Shown here: piece by piece, positions 48,784 through 56,695 of the stretch
Numbering within the stretch: the first letter of the stretch is position 1
Layout: each line of letters starts with the position of its first letter
Source: an uncultured Actinomycetes bacterium
GTDB lineage: Bacteria > Actinomycetota > Thermoleophilia > Gaiellales > JAICJC01
Assembly (NCBI GenBank): GCA_963701125.1
Contig: OY969568.1
Location: forward strand, 110,914-174,913
Length of the DNA stretch: 64,000 nucleotides
Reading direction: 5' to 3'
Made by a program: the position numbers and the translations under genes
The notes under the pieces: generated by a model
What the model was told of the DNA's origin: nothing
The model's database searches: none
The model's input: only the letters and a program-made list of their open reading frames with translations

Positions 48784-50187
48784 CTATGCGGCCGCGCGCG
48801 GCGCGAGCACCGCCGGGAACTGGGCGGTGTCGACGCGGACATGCTCGTCCTCGTCGGCGGCGAAGTAGCCGCGCCGGTACCAGTCGGGCGCCCGCATGAG
48901 GACGCGCAGGAAGGCGTCGACCAGGGGCGGCTCGTACTGGCTGCCCTTCCCCAGCACGAGCTGCTCGATGGCGTGCTCGGGCGTCATCGCCCGCCGGTAG
49001 GGGCGGTCGGACGTCATGGCGTTGTAGGAGTCGGCGACCGCGATGATGCGGGCCAGATACGGGATCGCGTCGCCGACGAGGTTGTCGGGGTAGCCGCGGC
49101 CGTCCCAGCGCTCGTGGTGGCTGCGCACGACCTCGGCCATGTCCGAGTAGCCGGGCACCTCGAGCAGGATCGCCTCGCCGATCGCGGAGTGTCTGCGCAT
49201 CTCGTCCCACTCGCCGTCGTCGAGCGCCGCCTGCTTCTCGAGCACCTCGGCACGCACGCCGATCTTGCCGATGTCGTGCACGAGCCCGCACAGGTGGATG
49301 CGCTGCACCTCCTCGCGCGGCAGACCGAGCTCGCTTGCGATGTCGCGTGAGTACGCGGCCACCGCCTTCGAGTGCCCCGCCGTGTAGGCGTCGCGGCCGT
49401 CGATCGCCTTGACCAGCGCCTCGGCGAAGCTCATGTTGATGCGGCGCAGGTGGCTGTTGGCCGCCTCGAGCTCGGCGTTCGTGCGCTCCAGCGCGACGAT
49501 GAGCTGCTCCTTGGGCGCGTGCATCCCAAACGCCGACCGCGCGGCGGCGACGGGGATGGCGAAGAAGGCGAGCACCCAGATCCCGGCGCCGGCGTAGGCA
49601 AAGGCGAAGAGCGCCGCCACGGGCGCGCACAGGAGCACGGTCACGAGCGCGTGCATGCGCGCGAGCCGCCAGAGCTCGATGGGTGATGTGCGGTGGCGGA
49701 CCCAGAGCGTCAGAGCGGTCACCGAGAACTCGATCGCCGTCGCGGGGACCGCCGCGGCGCACGCCGCGGCGAACAGGTGGCCCAGGCCGGCACCCCCCAC
49801 CCCGGCCGGCACCGCCAGCGCAGCCGCGCCCGCGCACGCACCCGCAAGCGCGCGCCCGGACGAGAAGATCACGAACCGTTCGAGCGGCCCGCGCCGGTCT
49901 GACAGCATCGACGCCAGGCCGACCACGGCCGCCGCCGCGGGCCCGAAGAGCACGGCCGCCATCACGAGCGGGATCAGCGAGCCGGAGAGCTCGACCCTGG
50001 TCGAGATGCGGATCGTGCGCGACTCCGCGACGAAGCCGACCGCGGCCAGGACCGCGACCACCTCCCACCTCCCCACGCCGCTGTAGACCGCCGCGCCGAC
50101 GGTGATCGCAAGCGATGCAGCGGCCAGCGCCGCCGCGTAGGCGCGGATCGGCCAGGGGCGTTCAGACTCGGGGGTTGTCTGCCTCAT
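48784..50187 (-). CDS. HD-GYP domain c-di-GMP phosphodiesterase with N-terminal multi-pass membrane domain
   Basis: HD (AGHSKAV...GLVHDIGKIGV) and HHERWDGRGYPD motifs. Six or seven N-terminal hydrophobic helices. Confidence 0.88.
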   Translation of the reverse strand: MRQTTPESERPWPIRAYAAALAAASLAITVGAAVYSGVGRWEVVAVLAAVGFVAESRTIRISTRVELSGSLIPLVMAAVLFGPAAAAVVGLASMLSDRRGPLERFVIFSSGRALAGACAGAAALAVPAGVGGAGLGHLFAAACAAAVPATAIEFSVTALTLWVRHRTSPIELWRLARMHALVTVLLCAPVAALFAFAYAGAGIWVLAFFAIPVAAARSAFGMHAPKEQLIVALERTNAELEAANSHLRRINMSFAEALVKAIDGRDAYTAGHSKAVAAYSRDIASELGLPREEVQRIHLCGLVHDIGKIGVRAEVLEKQAALDDGEWDEMRRHSAIGEAILLEVPGYSDMAEVVRSHHERWDGRGYPDNLVGDAIPYLARIIAVADSYNAMTSDRPYRRAMTPEHAIEQLVLGKGSQYEPPLVDAFLRVLMRAPDWYRRGYFAADEDEHVRVDTAQFPAVLAPRAAA

Positions 50188-50196
50188 ATAAGCGAT

Positions 50197-50225
50197 TTGA
50201 CATCCCGTGACAGAGGGACTATGCT
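50197..50225 (+). promoter_or_regulatory. near-consensus sigma70-type promoter
   Basis: TTGACA (50197-50202), a 17-nt spacer, then TATGCT (50220-50225). It is the best -35/-10 match I found in the window and lies in a locally AT-richer 450-bp intergenic region. Confidence 0.5.
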
Positions 50226-50231
50226 CTCCCT

Positions 50232-50455
50232 CGTTCGGGGTACTTGGATCTGAGAAGGGGGAGAGAAAATGCCGATCAAGGGCTGGTAGATCACACGGGT
50301 ACTAAACGGCTTATCGACATTTGCAGTTGGTTTGGTTAGCACGAGTTTCCCGCTCGCACAACCAGAAACCGACAGTCAGATCGAGCCGACAGATTCTCGC
50401 CGCGCCCCTGCAGGACGGTCGTTCGCCACCGTCGTCCAGGGGCGCTGTGCATTTC
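50232..50455 (+). ncRNA. candidate small RNA or terminator-containing leader upstream of the coiled-coil protein gene
   Basis: Predicted TSS about 7 nt after the -10 box. There is a strong hairpin GCGCCCCTG...(inner GACGG/CCGTC)...CAGGGGCGC at 50402-50445, followed by TGTGCATTTC. A 6-codon ORF with a strong RBS (GGGGGAG-N5-ATG CCG ATC AAG GGC TGG TAG) lies at 50269-50289. No known RNA family recognised. Confidence 0.35.
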
Positions 50456-50645
50456 GGGGATTGTTGACAACGAGGTCAGCGGCTCCCCGTCCGCACCTTG
50501 ACGCCGCCCATCCCACACGGACACTCAAGGCACGGGCGCCGAACGCCGATATCAGTCGCGGATACGACGGCGGCCCGCCGAACGCCCTGCCGGAGGCTTG
50601 CTCTCGCCGCCGGCCCTATCACTCCACCGGGAGAGGTACCAGCAC

Positions 50646-52790
50646 ATGAGTGACGGCCGGACGCCCGCCAACGAAGACACCCCGAGCGGGCTGCGCCGCG
50701 CGATGGAGGATCGCCTCACCTCGCTGCGCCAGGCCGAGGAACGGCTGCAGCGCGAGCAGGCGGCGCTCCAGGAGCAGGCGAAGGTCGTGTTCGCAGAGCG
50801 CGAAGCCCGCCTCGCCCGCCGCGAGCGCGACCTGGCCAAGCGCGAGGCCTCCGTCGCCGTCAGCGAGGGCATCGCCTCGTCGCACACCGGCCCGGACGCC
50901 GACGCCCAGCGCGTCGAGCTGGAGCAGCTCGAGGCAGACCTTCACCGGCGCGCGGCCGAGCTCGACGCCCGCGAGCAGGCGCTGGCCCAGCGCGAGGCCG
51001 AGCCGGCCGATTGGGACTCCGCGCCCGCGAACCCCGAGATCGACGCTGCCCTGAGCGCGCGCATGGCCGAGCTGCAGGAGGCGACGACGTCGCTGGAGCA
51101 GCAGGTCGAGCACGAGCAGCGCCAGCGCCAGCAGGTCGAGCGCGAGCGCGACGGCCTCGTCGAGCAGCTGCGCGAGCGGGGTGCGTTCGGCTCGGCCGAG
51201 CTGGCCGAGCAGGAGTCGCGCCTGAACGCCCGCGCCGCCGAGCTTGACGACCGCGAGCACCGGGCCAAGAAGGTCGAGAAGGTGCTGACCCAGAAGGAGC
51301 TCTCCGTCGACGCCGTTCGCGGCGACCTGATGCAGCGCTCGGAGGAGCTCGAGGAGTCCGAGCGCCGGCTGGAGCAGGCGCTGCAGGCCGCCGCCGAGCG
51401 CGAGGCCGCGGCGACCACGCTCGCCGCCGAGGCGTCCGAGCGGCTTGCCGCCATCGAGGTCAAGGAGACCGAGCTCGCCCGTTCGCTCGACGAGCTCGCC
51501 ACCGGCCAGGCGGCCGTGCAGGAGAGCTCGGCCGCGATCGAGGAGCGCGAGGCGCTGCTGGCGGAGACCGAGCAGCGCGTCACGGCCGTGCACGCCGACG
51601 CCGAGCGGCGCGCCGCCGAGGTCGAGGAGCGCATCGCCGCACTCGCCGAGCGCGAGCAGGCGCTTGCGCAGGTCGACGCCAAGCTCGTCTCGGTGGAGCA
51701 GACAGCCGCGGCCGTCGCCGCCTCGCAGGAGGACGTTGCCGCCCGCGAGGCCGCGCTCGAGACGCGCGCAGGGGAGCTCGAAGCGCGCGAGGCCGAGCTG
51801 ACCGATCTCGACGAGCAGCGCGCCCGCGCCGAGGAGGCCGCCCAGGTGGCCGCCGCCGAGCGCGAGCGGCTCGTCACCGAGCGCACGCACACCGACGAGC
51901 GCCGCCAGGAGCTGGCCGAGATGGAGAAGAGCCTCGAGGGCATCGACGCCCGCCTCGAGGACGTCGAGCTGCGCCGCAAGGCAGTCGAGGACGACGAGCG
52001 CGAGGTCGCGGCCGCCCGGATCGCGGCCGAGCGCCTGCAGAGCGAGGCCGAGCGCCTCCACGACCAGGCCGAGCGCGCGATCGCCGAGGCCGAGTCGCGC
52101 GCCGCGGTCGAGGTCGACCGGCTGGCCGCCGACCTGCGCCAGCGGGAGTCGCGCCTGCATACCGAAGAGAGCGACCTCGAGCGGCGGGAGAGCCGCCTCG
52201 ACCGGCGCCAGGACTCGCTGGATGCCCGCGAGCGCGAGCTCGACACGCGCCACGACGGCATGGAGCTGCGCGACGCCCAGCTGCACGAACGCGAGGCTGA
52301 CGTCGCCCGTCTGACCGTGCGCGCCGACCGCATCGAGGCCGACCTCGAGGCGCAGCGCGCAGCGCTCGCAGATGCCGAGGTGGCCGTCGACCGCGAGCGC
52401 GCCGTGCTGCAGCGGCGCATGGCCGAGATCGCGAGCCGCGAGACCACCGCCCGCGACGAGCTCGACGCCGCAGTCCAGGCGGCCGCCGACGACACCGGCG
52501 GGCGCGGACGCGACACGGGCAAGCTCGAGGAGGCGCACGCCGCCCTGCGCAGCCGTGAGGCCCAGCTGCAGGCGCAGGAGCGCCGGCTGTCCGAGCAGGC
52601 CAAGGCGCTCCAGCGCCGCGAGGCAGACCTCGAGCTCTACGCGAGCAAGCTCCAGCAGGGGGTCTCCGACCCACGTCCGGTCGATCATGAGCCCGTGCCG
52701 GCAGCGGCGAGCGCCGCTCCGGCGGCCGGAGACTCGGCAGATCAGGACTCGACGGTCGCCGCCCGGCGCCTGAACTTCTGGTCGCGCTGA
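50646..52790 (+). CDS. 714-aa Glu/Arg/Ala-rich coiled-coil protein (cytoskeletal/scaffold-like), unknown function
   Basis: GGGAGAGG RBS 9 nt upstream of ATG 50646. Almost the entire sequence is heptad-like (AELDAREQALAQREAE, ELEAREAELTDLDEQ, LDARERELDTRHDGMELRDAQLHEREADV). No TM segment and no enzymatic motif. Confidence 0.75.
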   Translation: MSDGRTPANEDTPSGLRRAMEDRLTSLRQAEERLQREQAALQEQAKVVFAEREARLARRERDLAKREASVAVSEGIASSHTGPDADAQRVELEQLEADLHRRAAELDAREQALAQREAEPADWDSAPANPEIDAALSARMAELQEATTSLEQQVEHEQRQRQQVERERDGLVEQLRERGAFGSAELAEQESRLNARAAELDDREHRAKKVEKVLTQKELSVDAVRGDLMQRSEELEESERRLEQALQAAAEREAAATTLAAEASERLAAIEVKETELARSLDELATGQAAVQESSAAIEEREALLAETEQRVTAVHADAERRAAEVEERIAALAEREQALAQVDAKLVSVEQTAAAVAASQEDVAAREAALETRAGELEAREAELTDLDEQRARAEEAAQVAAAERERLVTERTHTDERRQELAEMEKSLEGIDARLEDVELRRKAVEDDEREVAAARIAAERLQSEAERLHDQAERAIAEAESRAAVEVDRLAADLRQRESRLHTEESDLERRESRLDRRQDSLDARERELDTRHDGMELRDAQLHEREADVARLTVRADRIEADLEAQRAALADAEVAVDRERAVLQRRMAEIASRETTARDELDAAVQAAADDTGGRGRDTGKLEEAHAALRSREAQLQAQERRLSEQAKALQRREADLELYASKLQQGVSDPRPVDHEPVPAAASAAPAAGDSADQDSTVAARRLNFWSR

Positions 52791-52858
52791 GCGCGGCTCG
52801 GGCCGTGCTCTGAGGCCAGGAACGGACGCACGAGCCGCACCGCCGCGTAGTCCGGGCG

Positions 52859-53377
52859 ATGCGACGGGCCCTCATCGTGGCGATCACACTCGTACTCGTC
52901 CTCGCCGGTTGCCGCCATGGCTCCGGCGGATCGAGCTCTGCCGGCACCGCGCTGGTATCCCGGGCTCCCGCCCCACGCCTCGCGGGGGCGGCCGGATGGA
53001 GGATCAGACGCGCGACGACCGGGGGAATCTCGACCGCCGAGGCGTCGACCGCACGTCTTCGTGACGCGCCCGGCGTGTTCCCCGGCGAGACCCTGCGCCG
53101 CCTGCCTCCCGGCGGCAGCGTGATCTTCGTGGACGCTTTCCGTACGCCGAGCACCCTGCCAAAGGCCGCCGCGCGGCCTCTGCCCTACCGTCTCCCCGAC
53201 TTCCGCGACGACCGCGGCTGGGAGGGACAGCCGGCGGTGAACGTGCCTCGGTACGTGCTGTTCACGAGCCGCGATGGGCACATGGTCGACGTCCGCGTGT
53301 TCTTCGGCACGCAAGCTCCGAGCGAGCGGCTGCGGGCACGGGCGCAGGCCGAGCTCGACACCCTCACCTTCGGCTGA
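52859..53377 (+). CDS. hypothetical lipoprotein
   Basis: Signal peptide with lipobox MRRALIVAITLVLVLAGC. High GC3. No family recognised. Confidence 0.6.
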   Translation: MRRALIVAITLVLVLAGCRHGSGGSSSAGTALVSRAPAPRLAGAAGWRIRRATTGGISTAEASTARLRDAPGVFPGETLRRLPPGGSVIFVDAFRTPSTLPKAAARPLPYRLPDFRDDRGWEGQPAVNVPRYVLFTSRDGHMVDVRVFFGTQAPSERLRARAQAELDTLTFG

Positions 53378-53380
53378 CGG

Positions 53381-54001
53381 CTAGGCCAGGTCGGCGCGCT
53401 CGGCGTCGAACCGGGCCGAGTGCAGCTGATGATGGAACCGGTCGACGGTGAGGTCACGGCCGTCGCCGAACGGGCGGTCGACGTAGCGCACCACCCGGTC
53501 GTGGTAGAAGGGCACGTCCAGGTGGGCGCCGCTGACCAGGTTCAGCGACATCTCGCCGCATGCGGGGCAGCTCATGGCGACGCCGAGGACGTCGTCGCGT
53601 CCGTCCTGCGCCGGCGCCACGAGCGCCAGGCTCGACGGCCACACCGGGCGCATCCGCGCCTCGGGCGAGCAGTACAGCTGCCACGGCCAGTTGCCGCGCT
53701 GCACCTGGCTCCGCGCCAGCTCGGCGAGCTCGTCGCCGACGGGCTCGGTGCGGCCGGTCAGGAGGTTCTTGAACTCGACCTCGACGGGATGCAGCGGCCC
53801 GTAGTCGAGGTCGTCGTGCGAGACGAGGCCGACGTGGCGATCGCCGCACGGGCAGTCGTAGTCGATCTGGAAGACGGACGGATGGGCGGCGCCGGGCAGC
53901 CGCACGACCCGCCGGAACGACGAGAGCGCGACGCGCGTGCGCTCACCGTCCGGCCGGCGGGGACAGTGGAAGCGGTACGCAGCTCGCAACACGTCGTACA
54001 T
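53381..54001 (-). CDS. hypothetical Cys-rich protein with an internal duplication (two C...CPxCG modules)
   Basis: YRFHCP...(36 aa)...DCPCGDRH and WQLYCSP...(34 aa)...SCPACGEM. These are putative paired zinc-ribbon-like modules. No family recognised. Confidence 0.55.
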   Translation of the reverse strand: MYDVLRAAYRFHCPRRPDGERTRVALSSFRRVVRLPGAAHPSVFQIDYDCPCGDRHVGLVSHDDLDYGPLHPVEVEFKNLLTGRTEPVGDELAELARSQVQRGNWPWQLYCSPEARMRPVWPSSLALVAPAQDGRDDVLGVAMSCPACGEMSLNLVSGAHLDVPFYHDRVVRYVDRPFGDGRDLTVDRFHHQLHSARFDAERADLA

Positions 54002-54055
54002 GGTTCCCCCGGTTATCGACCAACGTGGCGCTCCGTGTTAGCATCGCCGCGTCTG

Positions 54056-54586
54056 GTGCCGCGCATCGACCTCAACACCCGTATCCGTGACGTCCCAGAC
54101 TTCCCGAAGCCCGGGATCGTGTTCAAGGACATCATGCCGCTCCTGGCGGACGCCGCCGCACTGCGGCAGGCGGTCGACGACCTTGCGGAGTGGGCCGAGC
54201 CGCGCAACGTCGACATCGTTGTCGGCGCGGAGGCGCGCGGGTTCATCCTGGGCGCCGCCATGGCCTACCGGCTGGGGTGCGGCTTCGTCGCCGCCCGCAA
54301 GCCGGGCAAGCTGCCGTTCCTCACCGTCGGCGCCAAGTACGCCCTCGAATACGGCTTCGATGCCCTCGAGATGCACGTGGACGCCCTGATCAAGGGCGCG
54401 CGGGTGCTGATCCACGACGACCTGTTGGCCACCGGCGGCACCGCACGCGCGAAGATCGACCTCGTCGAGCAGCTGGGCGCGCAGGTTGTGGGGCTCGCGT
54501 TCGTCGTCGAGCTGAGCTTCCTGAACGGGCGCGACAAGCTCTACGGCTACGACGTCCACTCGCTCATCCAGTACGAGTCCGGGTAG
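54056..54586 (+). CDS. apt: adenine phosphoribosyltransferase
   Basis: IRDVPDFPKPGIVFKDIMPLL, VVGAEARGFILG and the PRPP motif VLIHDDLLATGGTA. The start is GTG 54056 or GTG 54035. Confidence 0.92.
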   Translation: MPRIDLNTRIRDVPDFPKPGIVFKDIMPLLADAAALRQAVDDLAEWAEPRNVDIVVGAEARGFILGAAMAYRLGCGFVAARKPGKLPFLTVGAKYALEYGFDALEMHVDALIKGARVLIHDDLLATGGTARAKIDLVEQLGAQVVGLAFVVELSFLNGRDKLYGYDVHSLIQYESG

Positions 54587-54633
54587 CCGCCCCGCCCGCC
54601 GGACGCGGATGGCCGCCCGCGCCGTATCTGGGC

Positions 54634-55479
54634 ATGGCCTCCCCCACGCTCCAGGTGCACATCGACGCGCTCGAGCGGGACGGCTACGTGATGCTCCCCG
54701 GCGCGGTCACCGCCGGCACAGTGCGCCTCCTCGAGGCCGTCGTCGACCGGGTATGCGAAGAGGAGACCGCCGCCGGCCGCGCCGGCCCCGACGGCTCGGT
54801 GCACGCCCTGGAGGTGATCGACCGCGACCCGGGGCTCGCCGACCTGCTCGTGGCGCCGGCCGTGTTCCCGCTGATCTGCAGCGTCCTCGGCTGGAACATC
54901 CAGCTCTACCACAGCCACATCGACGTCCACCCACCGCTCGCCGGCCCTCCCCCACCCGTGTGGCGCTGGCATCAGGACGGCGGCCGCCAGAACCTCGAGA
55001 TCGAGCCGCCGGGCCCGCGCCCGCGGCTCTCGCTCAAGATGGCGCTCTTCCTGAGCGACGTCTCGGTGCCGGGCCGCGGCAACATGCTCGTCATCCCGGG
55101 CAGCCACCACCGCAACGAGCTCGCCCGCCCGCAGGCGCCCGAGAACGGCTTCGAGCAACCCCAGGGGCATGTACCCGTGCTCGCCGAGCCGGGCACCGTC
55201 TGCGTGTTCGACCGCCGGATATGGCACGCGCGCAGTCCCAACCTGTCACGGGTGACGCGCAAGGCGATCTTCGCCGCCTACACGTATCGCTGGATCCGGC
55301 CGCGGCACGCCCACTCCCCCGGCATCCACCCCGGCCTCGACGCCGTGCAGCGCCAGCTGCTCGGCGCAACGACGAGCCCGCAGGGATACTGGATCCCCGC
55401 CGACGCCGACGCGCCGGTGCGGACGTGGATGGCCGGCAACGGCCTGCTCGAGCCGCATCGCAACGCCGCCCACCGCTGA
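54634..55479 (+). CDS. phytanoyl-CoA dioxygenase (PhyH) family Fe(II)/2-oxoglutarate oxygenase
   Basis: LERDGYVMLPG...WHQDG...LKMALFLSDV...GNMLVIPGSHH...VCVFDRRIWHARSPN fits the PhyH family HxD...H pattern. Confidence 0.75.
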   Translation: MASPTLQVHIDALERDGYVMLPGAVTAGTVRLLEAVVDRVCEEETAAGRAGPDGSVHALEVIDRDPGLADLLVAPAVFPLICSVLGWNIQLYHSHIDVHPPLAGPPPPVWRWHQDGGRQNLEIEPPGPRPRLSLKMALFLSDVSVPGRGNMLVIPGSHHRNELARPQAPENGFEQPQGHVPVLAEPGTVCVFDRRIWHARSPNLSRVTRKAIFAAYTYRWIRPRHAHSPGIHPGLDAVQRQLLGATTSPQGYWIPADADAPVRTWMAGNGLLEPHRNAAHR

Positions 55480-55487
55480 GCGCGAGG

Positions 55488-56183
55488 CTACCGGGCCAGG
55501 TCGCGCAGGTCACGCACGAGCAGGAGATGGGCGAGCTGGCTCGTGAGCTCGGCCAGCGCCTCGAGCTCCTGCAGGCCCGCCTCGCGCCGCTCGGGGTTGT
55601 GCGAGCGCAGGGCCGGCGTCAGGATCTGCTCGAGCAGCCCCGCCTCGCGCTCGACCGCCGAGCGAAACGCCTTCAGGTGGCGGGCGGCGACCCCGTAGCG
55701 GGCCAGCCGCTGGCAGATGATCACGATCTCGACATCGGCCCGGTTGTAGGCGGCATCGGACTCGCCGACGTGGCGGTCGACGAGCTGGAACTCCTCCAGC
55801 TCCCGCACGAACACCGGGTCGGCGTCGGCGGCGGCGAGCAGCTGGTCGAACGTGAGCCGGTCCTCCACCCCGCCGACGAGCCGCGGCCGACGGCCCGTGC
55901 CCGCAGCCGACCGCCCCTGCGCGATCACCTGGCGGATGACGCGCAGCGGCAGGAACTCGTCGCGCTGCATGCGCAGGATGGCGCGCAGCTGCTCGACGTC
56001 CTCCTCGCCGTACAGGCGGTAGCCGCCCGGAGTACGGCGCGGCGTGATCAGGCGCTGGTCCTCGAGGAAGCGGATCTTCGAGATCGAGATGTCGGGGAAC
56101 TCCTCGCGCAGCGACTTGCACACCGTCCCGATCGTCAGCCGGGCCGCACCGGTGCTGCGCCCCTCGGTGACCTCGGCCGACAT
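55488..56183 (-). CDS. MerR family transcriptional regulator (FtsR-like, FHA-associated)
   Basis: MerR HTH (LTIGTVCKSLREEFPDISISKIRFLEDQRLITPRRTPGGYRLYGEEDVEQLRAILRMQ). It lies directly downstream of an FHA gene, as in the conserved actinobacterial garA/odhI-ftsR arrangement. Confidence 0.8.
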   Translation of the reverse strand: MSAEVTEGRSTGAARLTIGTVCKSLREEFPDISISKIRFLEDQRLITPRRTPGGYRLYGEEDVEQLRAILRMQRDEFLPLRVIRQVIAQGRSAAGTGRRPRLVGGVEDRLTFDQLLAAADADPVFVRELEEFQLVDRHVGESDAAYNRADVEIVIICQRLARYGVAARHLKAFRSAVEREAGLLEQILTPALRSHNPERREAGLQELEALAELTSQLAHLLLVRDLRDLAR

Positions 56184-56184
56184 C

Positions 56185-56646
56185 TCATGCCCCCCGTTCG
56201 ATGTAGGTGAGCCGGTACTTGCCGATCTGCACCTCGTCGCCGTCGGCGAGGCGGACGCTCTCGATCCGCTGGCGGTTCACGTAGGTGCCGTTCAGGCTGC
56301 CCGCGTCGGAGAGATGCAGGCCGTCGGCGCGGCGGTCGAGCACCGCGTGCTCGCGCGAGACGGTGATGTCGTCGAGGAACACGTTCGCGTTCGGCGCCCG
56401 GCCGATGGCCATCCGGTCGGCATCGATCGGGAACTGCTCGCCCGCCCGGCCACCGCCCAGGCGGATCACGAGCATCGCCCCTTCGGACGCCTCGTCGTGG
56501 GCATCCTCGGCGCCCTCGTCCTCGACGTAGGCCGCGAACGCCTGCGTCGGCTCGCCCGGGTCGGGTTCGAGCAGGCTGGCGCCGCAGCGGCCGCAGAACC
56601 GGGCCGCTTCGCGGTTGTGATGGCCGCACTCCGGGCAGTAGGACAT
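56185..56646 (-). CDS. FHA domain protein with N-terminal zinc ribbon (GarA/OdhI-like position)
   Basis: CPECGHHN...FCGRCG zinc ribbon. The FHA core is IGRAPNANVFLDDITVSREHAVL...HLSDAGSLNGTYVNRQRI. Confidence 0.88.
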   Translation of the reverse strand: MSYCPECGHHNREAARFCGRCGASLLEPDPGEPTQAFAAYVEDEGAEDAHDEASEGAMLVIRLGGGRAGEQFPIDADRMAIGRAPNANVFLDDITVSREHAVLDRRADGLHLSDAGSLNGTYVNRQRIESVRLADGDEVQIGKYRLTYIERGA

Positions 56647-56695
56647 GCCTACCGGCCCCTGCCTGGCCGGACGTGGGGCATCGCGGTCGCCGTCC

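Noticed and set aside
50464-50469. A second TTGACA hexamer that might be the promoter of the coiled-coil gene.
   Set aside because: No acceptable -10 hexamer lies 16-18 nt downstream (CCGTCC/CGTCCG).
50619-52688. A 689-aa and a 553-aa ORF antisense to the coiled-coil protein gene. This could suggest overlapping genes.
   Set aside because: The sense gene is built from GAG/CGC/GCC/CTC/CAG codons. Their reverse complements are also sense codons, so the antisense frames stay open by composition. The antisense products are Leu/Gly/Arg/Ala repeats with no independent start or RBS signals.
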